Below are positions 38,093 to 48,740 of a stretch of DNA of 64,000 nt, in pieces. The translations under genes were made by a program, and so were the position numbers. The notes beneath the pieces are model-generated. The model was not told the origin of the DNA, searched no databases, and worked only from the letters and a program-made list of their open reading frames with translations. The stretch's first letter is position 1; every line of letters begins with the position of its first letter. This stretch comes from Patescibacteria group bacterium (GTDB taxonomy: Bacteria > Patescibacteriota > Patescibacteriia > UBA9934): positions 47,137 to 111,136 of the forward strand of contig JAGORL010000001.1 of assembly GCA_018062825.1 (NCBI GenBank), written 5' to 3'.

Positions 38093-39286
38093 ATGGCAGA
38101 GCAATTCGTGCGTGAGAAACCGCACTTGAACGTCGGAACTATTGGTCACGTTGACCATGGTAAGACCACAACTACCGCCGCTCTTACAGCCGTTTCTGCG
38201 GCTCGCGGTCTTGGTAAAGTTAAGTCCTACGCGGATATCGCAAAGGGTGGTACGGTGCGCGATTCTTCAAAGATCGTTACTATCGCTACCTCTCATGTTG
38301 AGTATTCCTCGGACAAGCGCCACTATGCGCACGTTGACTGTCCAGGTCACGCCGACTACGTCAAGAACATGATTACTGGTGCCGCTCAGATGGACGCTGC
38401 AATTCTTGTAGTTTCCGCAGCTGACGGTCCAATGCCACAGACCCGCGAGCACATTCTTTTGGCTCGTCAGGTTGGTGTTCCATACATCATCGTTTTCTTG
38501 AACAAGGTTGACCTTGTTGACGATCCAGAGCTTTTGGATCTCGTTGAGCAGGAAATCCGTGACCTTTTGAACAAGTACAACTTCCCAGGCGACACCACGC
38601 CGATCGTTCGTGGTTCAGCTTCCAAGGCACTTGAGAACCCATCTGACGATGCGGCTGCTAAGTGTATCCTTGACCTCATCAAGGCTCTTGATGAGTACGT
38701 TCCAGATCCAGTTCGCGAGACCGAAAAGCCGTTCCTCATGTCTATCGAAGACGTCTTCTCTATTGAAGGTCGTGGTACGGTAGCAACCGGTCGTATCGAG
38801 CGCGGTCAGCTTAAGGTAGGTGATGAAGTTGAAGTTGTTGGTCTCCGCGACACCCAGAAGACGGTTGTTACGGGTATCGAAATGTTCAACAAGTCTCTTG
38901 ATTCTGGTATGGCAGGTGACAACGCTGGTGTTCTTCTTCGCGGTGTGAAGAAGACCGACCTTGAGCGTGGTCAGGTTCTTGCTAAGCCAGGTTCCGTAAC
39001 TCCTCACACCAAGTTCGAGGCTGAGCTTATCGCTCTTACAAAGGAAGAAGGTGGTCGCCACAAGCCTTTCTTTAAGGGTTACAAGCCACAGTTCTACATC
39101 CGTACCACAGATGTAACGGGTGAGATCGAGCTTCCAGCAGGTGTTGAGATGGTTATGCCAGGCGACACCGTTAACTGTATCGTTACCCTTTCAAGCCCAG
39201 TTGCTCTTGAAGACAAGATGCGCTTCGCTGTTCGTGAAGGTGGTCGCACAGTTGGTGCTGGTGTTGTAGTAAAAATTCTTGAGTAA
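38093..39286 (+). CDS. tuf: elongation factor Tu
   Basis: [23 protein letters not shown]. 397 aa. Confidence 0.97.
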   Translation: MAEQFVREKPHLNVGTIGHVDHGKTTTTAALTAVSAARGLGKVKSYADIAKGGTVRDSSKIVTIATSHVEYSSDKRHYAHVDCPGHADYVKNMITGAAQMDAAILVVSAADGPMPQTREHILLARQVGVPYIIVFLNKVDLVDDPELLDLVEQEIRDLLNKYNFPGDTTPIVRGSASKALENPSDDAAAKCILDLIKALDEYVPDPVRETEKPFLMSIEDVFSIEGRGTVATGRIERGQLKVGDEVEVVGLRDTQKTVVTGIEMFNKSLDSGMAGDNAGVLLRGVKKTDLERGQVLAKPGSVTPHTKFEAELIALTKEEGGRHKPFFKGYKPQFYIRTTDVTGEIELPAGVEMVMPGDTVNCIVTLSSPVALEDKMRFAVREGGRTVGAGVVVKILE

Positions 39287-39348
39287 TTAAGTAATGGAGG
39301 GGAACCCACAAGGTTTCCCTCCTTACCGTTCTTACCGTACCTTCTTCT

Positions 39349-39687
39349 ATGTCCGACGCAGCAAAAAAAGTGCAAGATCAGAAAGAGCAGCGCATTCGCA
39401 TCAAGATCCGCGCGTATGATCACAAGGTGATCGACGCCGCTACCGTCACGATCATCAAGACGGCTGAGCGCAGTGGTGCAAGCATCATCGGTCCAGTACC
39501 TCTGCCAACCGAGCGCCGCCGTTACACCGTGAACCGCGCAACCTTTATCGACAAGACCTCACGCGATCAGTACGAGATGCGTGTACACAAGCGCTTGATC
39601 GATATCGTGAACCCAACCGAGCGCACGATTGACTCCTTGATGAGTCTGAACTTGCCAGCTGGTGTGGACATCGAGATCAAAATGTAA
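39349..39687 (+). CDS. rpsJ: 30S ribosomal protein S10
   Basis: [16 protein letters not shown]...IEIKM. Confidence 0.95.
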   Translation: MSDAAKKVQDQKEQRIRIKIRAYDHKVIDAATVTIIKTAERSGASIIGPVPLPTERRRYTVNRATFIDKTSRDQYEMRVHKRLIDIVNPTERTIDSLMSLNLPAGVDIEIKM

Positions 39688-39714
39688 ACAAAACGCAAGC
39701 CCCCACATGGGTGG

Positions 39715-39962
39715 CTGCGCACGGCAGCTCTTTATAAAGAGATATCGTGCGCAGTTTCTCAACTGCACGTCGAAACCGAACCGGAAAGAAAGATTCCTTA
39801 ATGCTTAGGCAAAAAGGAAAAACCTTCCCGACGCTTCGTACCGGCGCAAGGAGACGAATTATTCATTGAACGAAGACACAACATCCTGATAGCAGTTAAG
39901 GTTTTGCTTCAGGCTGGAAGCCGCTGGTGACGCGTATGCGTCAGACGGGCTTCTAGTTTTTG
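39715..39962 (+). promoter_or_regulatory. structured leader/attenuator in the unusually long rpsJ-rplC spacer
   Basis: Nested palindromes ctgcgcacg...cgtgcgcag with ctcttta/taaagag (39715-39754) and competing gcagtt/aactgc. Then a terminator-like hairpin gaagccg...tgacgc-gtat-gcgtca...gggcttc followed by tagtttttgtt (39917-39962), 47 nt before the rplC ATG. Confidence 0.35.
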
Positions 39963-40009
39963 TTCATAAAAGCGTTCCTCTGTCTTTCTCCAGGCATGAA
40001 CGTAGGTGT

Positions 40010-40633
40010 ATGAAATATCTTCTAGGGAAAAAGCTTGAAATGACCCAGGTTTTCCGCGAAGACGGTTCGGTGGTTCCGGTAACGCTCATTGAAGCGGGAC
40101 CGATGACTGTCGCCGCTCTTCGTAAGGACACTCAGGGTCGCTCGGTCGCTGTACTTGGTTTCGGCAAAAATGTTCGCGCCGCAAAACCACAACAGAAAGA
40201 GTTTGGCGACATGGGTCCATTTGCTGTCACGCGCTCAGTTCGCCTCGGGGAAGGTGAAGAAGTAGCTGCGGGTACAGTGTTCACCGTTTCGACATTTGCT
40301 CCGGGTGACGCAGTGTCTATCACAGGCACGAGCAAGGGTCGTGGCTTCCAAGGTGTTGTAAAGCGCCATGGATTCCGCGGTCACCCAACAACGCACGGTC
40401 ACAAAGATCAGGTACGTAAGTCCGGATCTATCGGTGCGGGTGGCATCCAGCGCGTGTTCAAAGGAATGCGCATGGCAGGCCGCATGGGTGGTGATCAGGT
40501 GACGGTGAAAAATTTGGAGGTGGTGACGATTGATCCAGAGAAGAATGTGATCGGCATCAAAGGTGCCGTTCCAGGAGCTCGCGGAACACTCATCACGATT
40601 ATTGCAACTGATGGCAATGTATGGCGGAAGTAA
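40010..40633 (+). CDS. rplC: 50S ribosomal protein L3
   Basis: MKYLLGKKLEMTQVF... Confidence 0.95.
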   Translation: MKYLLGKKLEMTQVFREDGSVVPVTLIEAGPMTVAALRKDTQGRSVAVLGFGKNVRAAKPQQKEFGDMGPFAVTRSVRLGEGEEVAAGTVFTVSTFAPGDAVSITGTSKGRGFQGVVKRHGFRGHPTTHGHKDQVRKSGSIGAGGIQRVFKGMRMAGRMGGDQVTVKNLEVVTIDPEKNVIGIKGAVPGARGTLITIIATDGNVWRK

Positions 40634-41253
40634 AGCTTTATACCTGGGAAGGCAAGGAAGCGGGATTGATCCCTCTTTCTGATGCTCTCTTTGCAGTTGA
40701 GCCAAAGGCGGAAGTAGTCCACCAGGCCGTAACCGCGCAAGATGCGAACAGTCGCGCTATTTCGGCGCACGTTAAGGATCGCAGCGAGGTTCGGGGTGGT
40801 GGTAAGAAGCCTTGGAAACAAAAGGGTACAGGTCGTGCTCGTCACGGTTCCTCACGCTCCCCAATTTGGGTAGGTGGTGGTGTGGCACACGGTCCAACCA
40901 AAGATCGTAATTTCTCAGTAAAGCTCAACAAGAAGGCCAAGCGTTTGGCTCTTGCCATGGCTCTTACCGATAAGTTGCGTGAAGGGAAGTTTGTTGCAGT
41001 TGAAGATTTCAATATTCCAGAAGCAAAAACAAAGCACGCAAACACCATGCGTTCTGCGCTTCCTGGAGCGGATAAGCGAGCTCTCGTGCTCGTGGTAACG
41101 GGCGATAGCAAGATGAAGCGCGCAATGCAGAACTTGCCAAAGACCGAGACCATGCATGCACACAGCTTGAACGTCCGAGACCTTGTTAAGGCGAATTACG
41201 TTATCGCTTCTAAAGATGCGATTGCGATGATCGTCGAAACGTTCACCTCCTAA
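40621..41253 (+). CDS. rplD: 50S ribosomal protein L4
   Basis: KPWKQKGTGRARHGS. Confidence 0.95.
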   Translation: MAEVKLYTWEGKEAGLIPLSDALFAVEPKAEVVHQAVTAQDANSRAISAHVKDRSEVRGGGKKPWKQKGTGRARHGSSRSPIWVGGGVAHGPTKDRNFSVKLNKKAKRLALAMALTDKLREGKFVAVEDFNIPEAKTKHANTMRSALPGADKRALVLVVTGDSKMKRAMQNLPKTETMHAHSLNVRDLVKANYVIASKDAIAMIVETFTS

Positions 41254-41255
41254 GT

Positions 41256-41696
41256 ATGCCGATTCTCAAACGTACAAAGAAAACGACAGATGTAGCTGCT
41301 GATGAAGTAGCTAAGCCTGTTGAAACGGCTGAAACAAAGAAGGTTGTAGCTAAGAAGCGTGTTGCCAAAAAGGTAGCAGCTCCAAAAGCGCAAAAGTCCC
41401 CCGGTCTCTCAGCGTTCGCGGTTTCCATTCTTATCGCTCCGATTGCTACGGAAAAGTCCGCCAAGCTCTCAGATGCAAGCATGGTAACCTTCAAGGTTCA
41501 TCCTTCAGCAAACCGCGTATCCGTTCGCCAGGCCTTTAAAGAGGCTTACGGCGTAATGCCAAGAAAGGTAAACGTTATGAACGTTCATGGTAAGGAGAAG
41601 CGTTTTGGTGGCTTCGCATCTCGTCGTTCCGACTGGAAGAAGGCGATCGTGCTTTTGCCAGAGGGTACAACGGTAAATGTGTTTGAAACCGTGTAG
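41256..41696 (+). CDS. rplW: 50S ribosomal protein L23 with Lys/Ala-rich N-terminal extension
   Basis: Extension ETKKVVAKKRVAKKVAAPKAQK precedes the L23 core (ILIAPIATEKS...). Confidence 0.85.
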   Translation: MPILKRTKKTTDVAADEVAKPVETAETKKVVAKKRVAKKVAAPKAQKSPGLSAFAVSILIAPIATEKSAKLSDASMVTFKVHPSANRVSVRQAFKEAYGVMPRKVNVMNVHGKEKRFGGFASRRSDWKKAIVLLPEGTTVNVFETV

Positions 41697-41697
41697 T

Positions 41698-42546
41698 ATG
41701 CCGATTACAAAGTATAAACCAACATCCGCCGGTCGCCGCCTCTCAAGCGTGCAGTCCTTCAAGGATGTAACATCAAAAAATCCAGAAAAGAAGCTCCTTC
41801 TTTCTAAGAAGCAGCAAGCTGGTCGCGGTGCAGGCGGTAAGATTACCGTTCGTCATCGTGGAGGTGGTGTCCGTCGTCATATCCGTATGATCGACTGGAA
41901 GATGGATAAGTACGAGATTCCTGCCAAAGTGCAGACAATCGAATACGATCCAAATCGTGGTGCTCGTATCGCTCTTATCTCCTATGCGGATGGTGAGAAG
42001 CGCTACGTGCTCGCTCCAGCAGGTCTCACGGTTGGCATGCAAATCATGAACTCCAAGGAACGCGGTGAGCCAAGTATTGGCAACCGTTTCCCACTTGAGA
42101 AAGTTCCAGTTGGTATGCAGGTGCATAACGTTGAACTTGCTCCAGGTCGCGGCGCTCAGCTTGCGCGTGGTGCTGGTAACGGCGTTGAACTTCTTGCGAT
42201 CGATGGCGACAACGCTATCTTGCGCCTCCCATCAGGTGAGATGCGTACCGTCAAGAAGACCTGTATGGCAACGATCGGTACTGTCTCAAACCCAGACTGG
42301 GGATTGATCCGCTGGGGTAAGGCAGGTCGCTCACGTTGGCGCGGTATTCGCCCAACCGTTCGCGGTAAGGCTATGAACCCAGTCGATCACCCACACGGTG
42401 GTGGTGAGGGTCGTAACTCAATCGGTCTCAAACACCCTAAGACTCCTACTGGTAAGCCGGCACTTGGCGTTAAGACGCGCCGTGCGAAGAAGCCGTCGAA
42501 CAAGTTCATTCTTCGTCGCCGCAATCACGGCAAGAACCAGGCCTAA
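41698..42546 (+). CDS. rplB: 50S ribosomal protein L2
   Basis: MPITKYKPTSAGRR...HPHGGGEGR. Confidence 0.95.
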   Translation: MPITKYKPTSAGRRLSSVQSFKDVTSKNPEKKLLLSKKQQAGRGAGGKITVRHRGGGVRRHIRMIDWKMDKYEIPAKVQTIEYDPNRGARIALISYADGEKRYVLAPAGLTVGMQIMNSKERGEPSIGNRFPLEKVPVGMQVHNVELAPGRGAQLARGAGNGVELLAIDGDNAILRLPSGEMRTVKKTCMATIGTVSNPDWGLIRWGKAGRSRWRGIRPTVRGKAMNPVDHPHGGGEGRNSIGLKHPKTPTGKPALGVKTRRAKKPSNKFILRRRNHGKNQA

Positions 42547-42552
42547 CCCCGT

Positions 42553-42861
42553 ATGACACGTAGTCTCAAAAAAGGCCCATTCGTGGCATCACACCTCTTG
42601 AAGAAAGTAAGTAAGCTCCGCCCAGGCGATAAGACAATCGTCAAAACCTGGTCACGTGCTTCTACGATCACTCCAGAAATGGTTGGCTTCACCTTTGCCG
42701 TCCATAATGGTCGTGACTTCATCCAGGTACGCGTTATTGAAAACATGGTCGGCCACAAGTTGGGTGAATTTTCGCCAACGCGTAAGTTCGCTCGTCATGG
42801 TGGCAAAGTAGCAGAAGCAGCACCAGCTGCCGCTCCAGCTGCTCAAAAGATTAGCCGCTAG
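42553..42861 (+). CDS. rpsS: 30S ribosomal protein S19 (Ala/Pro-rich C-terminal tail)
   Basis: [19 protein letters not shown]. Confidence 0.95.
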   Translation: MTRSLKKGPFVASHLLKKVSKLRPGDKTIVKTWSRASTITPEMVGFTFAVHNGRDFIQVRVIENMVGHKLGEFSPTRKFARHGGKVAEAAPAAAPAAQKISR

Positions 42862-42872
42862 TGCTCCAAAGT

Positions 42873-43250
42873 ATGGAAGCAATCTCTAAAGCTCGCTTTA
42901 TTCGCATCGCCCCACGAAAGACCCGCCTTGTTGTAGGTCTTATCCGTGGCCGCCGTGTTGCGGACGCACGTCAGCAGCTCTTGGTCTCCAAGAAGCTTGC
43001 TGCTCGCGCAGTACTTAAGGCACTTGATTCGGCTGTCGCAAACGCCGTTAACAACAATAAGACAGCTGCTGAATCGCTTGTTGTCTCTCGCGCCTTCGTG
43101 GACGAGGGTCCAAAGATCAAGCGTTTCACGCCTCGCGCGCAAGGTCGCGCAACGCCGATTCGATTGCGTATGTCGCACATCACTATCGCTGTTGCCCCTG
43201 GCACGCCAAAGTTAGCTGGAAAGAGTTCAGGTAAGAAGAATCGCGCCTAA
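42873..43250 (+). CDS. rplV: 50S ribosomal protein L22
   Basis: MEAISKARFIRIAPRKTRLVVGLIRG. Alternative GTG start at 42861 overlapping the rpsS stop. Confidence 0.9.
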   Translation: MEAISKARFIRIAPRKTRLVVGLIRGRRVADARQQLLVSKKLAARAVLKALDSAVANAVNNNKTAAESLVVSRAFVDEGPKIKRFTPRAQGRATPIRLRMSHITIAVAPGTPKLAGKSSGKKNRA

Positions 43251-43255
43251 GTCCT

Positions 43256-43978
43256 ATGGGTCACAAAGTACATCCGAAAGTATTCCGCCTCTCAACGATC
43301 TACACCTGGGATTCCAAGTGGTTCGCCCGCGGAAAGCAGTTCGTGTCCCAACTACAAGAGGACGTAGAGTTGCGTGAATTCCTCCGCATCGCATTGAAAG
43401 ATGCCGGTGTAAGCGAGATCAATGTTGAGCGCACGCCAAAGAACGTTACGATTACTATTCACGCTGCAAAGCCCGGATTCGTCATCGGTCGTGCTGGCGC
43501 TGGCATCGAAGAACTCAAGAAAAAGATCATGAAGCGTTTTTACAGCGGTCGCCGCGTAACGCTAAATATCAATGTGCAGGAAATCGCTCGCCCAATGCTC
43601 TCTGCGGAGGTTGTTGGTCAGCAGATTGCCCAAGAGATCGAGCGCCGCATGCCGTTCCGTCGTTCCATGAAAATGGCGATTGAGCGTGTCATGAAGGGCG
43701 GCGGTCGCGGTGTGAAGCTTACGCTTTCCGGTCGTTTGAACGGTGCAGAAATTGCTCGTACAGAAACAATCGCAAACGGCAGCATTCCACTTCATAACCT
43801 CCGCGCTGACGTAGACTTCGCACGCGTGCGTGCAACCACCCTTCAAGGTGTAGTTGGTGTGAAAGTCTGGATCTACCGAGGTGACGTTTTCGATCGTAAG
43901 GACACTGACACTCGTGCCTCTGCTGAACAGGATAACAACCGAGCCCCTCGTCCACCTCGTGGTCGAGCGGCACGCTAA
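43256..43978 (+). CDS. rpsC: 30S ribosomal protein S3
   Basis: MGHKVHPKVFRL, KH domain. Confidence 0.95.
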   Translation: MGHKVHPKVFRLSTIYTWDSKWFARGKQFVSQLQEDVELREFLRIALKDAGVSEINVERTPKNVTITIHAAKPGFVIGRAGAGIEELKKKIMKRFYSGRRVTLNINVQEIARPMLSAEVVGQQIAQEIERRMPFRRSMKMAIERVMKGGGRGVKLTLSGRLNGAEIARTETIANGSIPLHNLRADVDFARVRATTLQGVVGVKVWIYRGDVFDRKDTDTRASAEQDNNRAPRPPRGRAAR

Positions 43979-43999
43979 ACCTCTTAGAGAAGAGCTCCT

Positions 44000-44413
44000 A
44001 TGCTGCTTCCGAAGAAAATGAAATACCGCAAGTGGCAAAAGCGCCACGCGAAGGATAACCGTGTTGCAACCCAAAAGACTGACGTTTCATTCGGAACGTT
44101 TGGCCTTAAGGCGATCACCGGTTCCTGGGTCACCGCTCGTCAGATTGAGGCAGCGCGTCGTGCAATGACGCGTGCTATCAAGCGCGGCGGTAAGATCTGG
44201 ATCCGCATCTTCCCTGATAACCCAGTTACCAATCACGGTGCAGAAGCGCCGATGGGTAAGGGTAAAGGTGGTGTGGATTACTACATGACCCCTGTACGCG
44301 CCGGAACAGTAATGTTCGAAATGGATGGCGTAACAGAGGAAGTGGCGCGTGAAGCATTCCGCCTCGCGGCTTACAAACTCCCTGTGAAGACTAAGATCAT
44401 CACCCGAGTCTAA
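44000..44413 (+). CDS. rplP: 50S ribosomal protein L16
   Basis: [16 protein letters not shown]. Confidence 0.95.
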   Translation: MLLPKKMKYRKWQKRHAKDNRVATQKTDVSFGTFGLKAITGSWVTARQIEAARRAMTRAIKRGGKIWIRIFPDNPVTNHGAEAPMGKGKGGVDYYMTPVRAGTVMFEMDGVTEEVAREAFRLAAYKLPVKTKIITRV

Positions 44414-44414
44414 T

Positions 44415-44609
44415 ATGGAGTATAAAGAAATCGCTCAAAAAACCTCTGCCGAGTTAGATAAGACTCGCACAGAGCTTCGCACAAAGCTTCATGGCTTACG
44501 CTTACAGCGAGTCACGGGTGGTGTGAAAAATGTTCGTGAGCTCCGTGTCTTGCGAAAGACCATTGCTCGCATCAATACCGCGCTTCGTGCTAACGAGCGC
44601 TCCGCCTAA
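44415..44609 (+). CDS. rpmC: 50S ribosomal protein L29
   Basis: 64 aa, conserved position and helical pattern. Confidence 0.85.
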   Translation: MEYKEIAQKTSAELDKTRTELRTKLHGLRLQRVTGGVKNVRELRVLRKTIARINTALRANERSA

Positions 44610-44611
44610 GT

Positions 44612-44860
44612 ATGCAAACGAAACGCACAACAAAACGCCGAACGCTTACGGGCGTCGTTGCTTCCAACAAGATGACGAAAACCGTCAGTGTTGTAGTAAC
44701 ACGCACAGTAACGCATCCAAAGTATGGCAAGCGCTATGTGGTTAGCCGCAAGTTCTTGGCGCACGCGGAAGGTGAATTCAAGGTAGGCGATTCGGTTGTT
44801 ATCGAGGAGACGCGTCCACTGTCAGCGCGCAAGCGTTGGCGTGTGATTAGCAAGGCGTAA
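44612..44860 (+). CDS. rpsQ: 30S ribosomal protein S17
   Basis: [19 protein letters not shown]. Confidence 0.9.
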   Translation: MQTKRTTKRRTLTGVVASNKMTKTVSVVVTRTVTHPKYGKRYVVSRKFLAHAEGEFKVGDSVVIEETRPLSARKRWRVISKA

Positions 44861-44875
44861 TGGCCCACCATTCGT

Positions 44876-45247
44876 ATGTTGCAACACCGATCCATGATGA
44901 GTGTCGCCGATAATTCCGGCGCGAAGAAACTGCAAGTCATTCGCGTCCTCGGCGGCTACAAGAAGCGCTACGCCCGCATTGGTGACATTGTTACCGCGGT
45001 CGTGAAGGAAGCTTCACCACACAACCCAGTAAAAAAGAGTGACGTTGTACACGCTGTAATCGTACGTACCCGCAAGGAGACGCGTCGTAAGGATGGTTCA
45101 TACATCCGCTTCGATGAGAACGCAGCCGTTATCGTCAATCGTGAAACAAAAGAGCCAAAGGGTACACGTATCTTCGGACCGGTAGCACGCGAATTGCGTA
45201 CTGAAGGTTTCATGAAGATCGTATCTCTCGCTCCTGAAGTCCTTTAA
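44876..45247 (+). CDS. rplN: 50S ribosomal protein L14
   Basis: [18 protein letters not shown]. Confidence 0.95.
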   Translation: MLQHRSMMSVADNSGAKKLQVIRVLGGYKKRYARIGDIVTAVVKEASPHNPVKKSDVVHAVIVRTRKETRRKDGSYIRFDENAAVIVNRETKEPKGTRIFGPVARELRTEGFMKIVSLAPEVL

Positions 45248-45256
45248 TCCATTCCT

Positions 45257-45568
45257 ATGAAATTCAAAGTTGGCGATTCCGTCAAAGTGATGGTAGGGAA
45301 GGATAAGGGCAAGATTGGAAAGATCATGCAGGTCTTTCCAGACATGAATCTCGTCGTAGTTGAAGGTGTGCGTGCAAGCACGCGTCACTTGAAGCCACGA
45401 GGTGAGAAGAAGCAGGGCGAGCGTGTCACGTACAATGCGCCACTTCGCGCAGAGAACGTTTCACTCACGTTGCCATCAGGTGCGACGGGTCGCGTTGGAT
45501 ACAAGATTACCGGTGACAAGAAAATTCGCGTCCTTCGTTCAAAGAAGAGCGTTGAGGAGGTTGGCTAG
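45257..45568 (+). CDS. rplX: 50S ribosomal protein L24
   Basis: MKFKVGDSVKVMVGKDKGK (KOW). Confidence 0.9.
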   Translation: MKFKVGDSVKVMVGKDKGKIGKIMQVFPDMNLVVVEGVRASTRHLKPRGEKKQGERVTYNAPLRAENVSLTLPSGATGRVGYKITGDKKIRVLRSKKSVEEVG

Positions 45569-45569
45569 T

Positions 45570-46115
45570 ATGACCATGAAGGAGAAATATCTCAAATCCG
45601 TCGTTCCTGCTCTTAAGAGCGAGTTCGGCTATACCAATGCACACGACGTACCAAAGATCGTAAAGATCACTTTGAACGTCGGCCTCGGCAAAGGACGTGA
45701 TGCAAAGTTTGCAGACGTCATTGTTGATACGTTGCGCCGCATCAGTGGCCAGGCCCCAGTGAAGACTAAAGCTCGCAAGTCAATTGCCGGTTTCAAGCTT
45801 CGTGAGGGAATGGTTGTTGGTGCTATGGTGACACTTCGTGGTGAGCGCATGTGGGACTTCCTTGAAAAGATGAACAACATTGCGTTTGCTCGTATCCGCG
45901 ACTTCCGTGGTATTCCAGAGCGTTCTGTTGATCGCGATGGTAATTTCAACTTCGGTTTCACTGAGCACATTGCCTTCCCTGAAATTCGTCCAGATGAAGT
46001 AGAATCGTTGCATGGTTTGCAAGTAACGATCTCAACGACCGCTGGTGATTTCAAGCACGGTACCGCGCTCTTCAAAGGTCTCGGCTTCCCATTTGTTGGG
46101 AAGGAGCAGAAATAA
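45570..46115 (+). CDS. rplE: 50S ribosomal protein L5
   Basis: MTMKEKYLKSVVPALKSEFGY... Track ORF 45402 carries an out-of-context N-terminal extension overlapping rplX. Confidence 0.9.
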   Translation: MTMKEKYLKSVVPALKSEFGYTNAHDVPKIVKITLNVGLGKGRDAKFADVIVDTLRRISGQAPVKTKARKSIAGFKLREGMVVGAMVTLRGERMWDFLEKMNNIAFARIRDFRGIPERSVDRDGNFNFGFTEHIAFPEIRPDEVESLHGLQVTISTTAGDFKHGTALFKGLGFPFVGKEQK

Positions 46116-46118
46116 ACT

Positions 46119-46304
46119 ATGGCAACTGCTAATCAAATCGCAAAGTCAAAGAAGACTCCGAAGTTCACAAGCCGCCGCGTAAATCGCTGCTGGCGCTGTG
46201 GACGTAAGCGTTTCTTCATGCGTGATTTCGGCCTTTGCCGTATCTGTTTCCGAGAACTTGCGAACGTCGGTGAGATTCCTGGTATTCGCAAAGCAAGCTG
46301 GTAG
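46119..46304 (+). CDS. rpsZ: 30S ribosomal protein S14 type Z (zinc-binding)
   Basis: 61 aa, CWRCGRKR...CRIC. Confidence 0.9.
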   Translation: MATANQIAKSKKTPKFTSRRVNRCWRCGRKRFFMRDFGLCRICFRELANVGEIPGIRKASW

Positions 46305-46310
46305 CCCCCT

Positions 46311-46706
46311 ATGATGACCGATCCAATTTCCGACATGCTTACTCGCATCCGTAACGCTGCCATGGCAGGGTTGCGAAATGTAGAGATGCCAATGTCGAAC
46401 ATCAAAATGTCCATCGCCAAGATCCTCGCGTCTGAGGGATACCTCGCGCACGTTGAATTATTCAACGAAGGAACTCGCCCGATGCTCCGCGTCGTATTAA
46501 AGTACGACGAAGCCGGAAGCCCAGTTGTTCACTCGCTCAAGCGAGTAAGCAAGCCAGGTCGCCGCGTCTATGTGAAAGCCAGTGATCTTGGAGCAGTACG
46601 CTCCGGATTCGGCCTCGCTATTCTCTCCACGCCAAACGGTCTTATGACCGCAGGTGAAGCGCGCAAGCGCCGCCTTGGTGGAGAACTTATCTGCGAAGTC
46701 TTCTAA
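46311..46706 (+). CDS. rpsH: 30S ribosomal protein S8
   Basis: MMTDPISDMLTRIRNA. Confidence 0.95.
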   Translation: MMTDPISDMLTRIRNAAMAGLRNVEMPMSNIKMSIAKILASEGYLAHVELFNEGTRPMLRVVLKYDEAGSPVVHSLKRVSKPGRRVYVKASDLGAVRSGFGLAILSTPNGLMTAGEARKRRLGGELICEVF

Positions 46707-46710
46707 GTCT

Positions 46711-47265
46711 ATGTCTCGTATTGGTAAAAAGCCCGTCTTTCTTCCTAAAGGCGTAACAGCAACTATCTCTGATGAAGAGGTGAAGGTTGTTGGTCCAAAG
46801 GGAGAATTGACGCTTAAACTTCACCCTCATGCACACGTTGCACAGGTTGAAGAGGAAGGTGCGATGCGCATGGATGTAACCGTGGACGACCCTGAGCGCG
46901 AAGATCGCGCTGTCTGGGGAACGACCCGCGCGTTACTTGCAAAGATGGCGCAGGGAGTTGTGGAAGGGTTTACAAAGATACTGGAACTCAACGGCGTTGG
47001 TTTCCGCATCAACCTTTCCGGCCAGAAGCTCAAGATGTCTCTCGGATTTTCCCATGAGGTGGAATACGAGTTGCCAGTAGGTGTGACGGCAAAGGTAGAG
47101 AATAACGTACTGACCTTGTGGAGCGCTAGCGCCGAACTTGTCGGACGTGTCGCTTCCGAAATCCGCGCACTCAAGAAGCCTGAGCCATATAAGGGCAAAG
47201 GGTTCAAGTATCACGATGAAGTTATCCGTCGTAAGGCTGGTAAGGCCGCGAAGGGTGACAAGTAA
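46711..47265 (+). CDS. rplF: 50S ribosomal protein L6
   Basis: [15 protein letters not shown]. Confidence 0.9.
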   Translation: MSRIGKKPVFLPKGVTATISDEEVKVVGPKGELTLKLHPHAHVAQVEEEGAMRMDVTVDDPEREDRAVWGTTRALLAKMAQGVVEGFTKILELNGVGFRINLSGQKLKMSLGFSHEVEYELPVGVTAKVENNVLTLWSASAELVGRVASEIRALKKPEPYKGKGFKYHDEVIRRKAGKAAKGDK

Positions 47266-47270
47266 GACCT

Positions 47271-47627
47271 ATGAACCGCAACGAAATTATTGCTAAGCGT
47301 GGTCGCCAAGAGCGCCGCGCTACCCGAACTCGCGCAAAGATCGCCGGCACAGCCGAACGACCTCGCTTGAGCGTTTTCCGCTCCACTCGCTATATCAGCG
47401 TGCAGGTTATCGACGACGTCGCTGGCCGCACACTTGCAAGCGCAAGTGATATGAAGAGTAAGAGTGGTAAGCCTCTAGAACGCGCTGTAGTTGTTGGTAG
47501 CGAAATCGCTAAGGCAGCAAAGGCAGCGGGTATTACTAAGGTCATTTTTGATCGCGGTTCGTTTAAGTTCCATGGTCGCATCAAGGCACTTGCCGATGCG
47601 GCTCGTGAAAACGGACTAGAGTTTTAG
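47271..47627 (+). CDS. rplR: 50S ribosomal protein L18
   Basis: [16 protein letters not shown]...PRLSVFRS. Confidence 0.9.
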   Translation: MNRNEIIAKRGRQERRATRTRAKIAGTAERPRLSVFRSTRYISVQVIDDVAGRTLASASDMKSKSGKPLERAVVVGSEIAKAAKAAGITKVIFDRGSFKFHGRIKALADAARENGLEF

Positions 47628-47630
47628 CAT

Positions 47631-48281
47631 ATGACCGAAGCAGCCAAAACAAATACAGCTCCGACAGCTCCAGTACAGAACTCTGCTGCTCCTCGTCGCC
47701 CAATGGGTGGTCGTGGTGGTGCAGGTGGTCGTGGTAATGGTCGCGGTCCTGGAGGTGGTCAGCCAGGTGGTGGTCGTGGTAATGGTCGCGGCGGTGATCG
47801 CCGTGGTCGTCCTGAGCGCGAAGTACGCGAGTTCGAGCAGAAGCTCTTGGAGCTTAACCGCGTTACTCGTGTGACAAAGGGTGGTAAGCGCATGCGTTTC
47901 CGCGCAACGCTTGTCATCGGTGACCGCAAAGGTCGCGTAGGATACGGAACCGCAAAGGGTCTCGATGTCTCTATGGCGATCGATAAGGCGTACCGTCAGG
48001 CAAAGAAGAACGTTCTCACCATTCCACTTGTGAACGAGACGCTTCCTCACCAGGTTGAGTACAAGTTCGCAGCCGCCAAGGTTCTTCTGAAGCCAGCGCC
48101 AAAAGGTACTGGACTCAAGGCCGGTGGTCCTACCCGTATGATTCTTGAACTCGCTGGCGTGCCAAACGCCGTCAGTAAGTTGCTCGGATCAAATAACAAG
48201 ATCAACAACGCCAAGGCAACCTTCGCAGCATTGAAGAAGCTTGGCTCACTCAAGAAGAAAGCTGAACAGAGCGCTTCCTAA
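47631..48281 (+). CDS. rpsE: 30S ribosomal protein S5 with Gly/Arg-rich N-terminal extension
   Basis: RGG-repeat tail, then VTRVTKGGKRMRFRATLVIGD core. Confidence 0.9.
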   Translation: MTEAAKTNTAPTAPVQNSAAPRRPMGGRGGAGGRGNGRGPGGGQPGGGRGNGRGGDRRGRPEREVREFEQKLLELNRVTRVTKGGKRMRFRATLVIGDRKGRVGYGTAKGLDVSMAIDKAYRQAKKNVLTIPLVNETLPHQVEYKFAAAKVLLKPAPKGTGLKAGGPTRMILELAGVPNAVSKLLGSNNKINNAKATFAALKKLGSLKKKAEQSAS

Positions 48282-48287
48282 CCTCCT

Positions 48288-48725
48288 ATGACACTTTCAC
48301 TTCATAACCTTGCACCAAAGCCCGGCACACGCCCTTCAAAGAAGCGTGTTGGTCGTGGTCTTGGTTCAAAGGGCACCACGGCAGGTCGTGGTCAGAAGGG
48401 TCAAAAGTCTCGCGCTGGCGCGGGTGGTTTGAAGCGTCTTGGTTTGCGTGCACAATTGCTCGCGATCCCGAAAGTACGTGGTTTCAAATCCATGCAAAAG
48501 AAGGGTCAGGCGATTAACATCGCAGTCCTTGATAAGGCGTTCATTGCTGGTGAAGTGGTTAGCCCACGCACGCTTGCAAAGAAGGGTCTTGTTGCTTCAG
48601 CAAACGCTCCGGTAAAGTTGCTAGGTGACGGCGATATCACAATCGCAGTAACCGTAAAGAACTGTACGGTAAGTGCTTCTGCAGCTGAAAAGATCACAAA
48701 GGCAGGAGGTAAGATTGACGCCTAA
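48288..48725 (+). CDS. rplO: 50S ribosomal protein L15 (directly after rpsE; no rpmD/L30 gene)
   Basis: LHNLAPKPGTRPSKKRVGRGLGSKGTTAGRGQKGQ. Confidence 0.9.
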   Translation: MTLSLHNLAPKPGTRPSKKRVGRGLGSKGTTAGRGQKGQKSRAGAGGLKRLGLRAQLLAIPKVRGFKSMQKKGQAINIAVLDKAFIAGEVVSPRTLAKKGLVASANAPVKLLGDGDITIAVTVKNCTVSASAAEKITKAGGKIDA

Positions 48726-48740
48726 ACAAACGCGCGTAGT

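Noticed and set aside
45402-45569. N-terminal extension of the rplE ORF (MRRSRASVSR...)
   Set aside because: Overlaps rplX in another frame. The L5 consensus N-terminus starts at ATG 45570, directly after the rplX stop.
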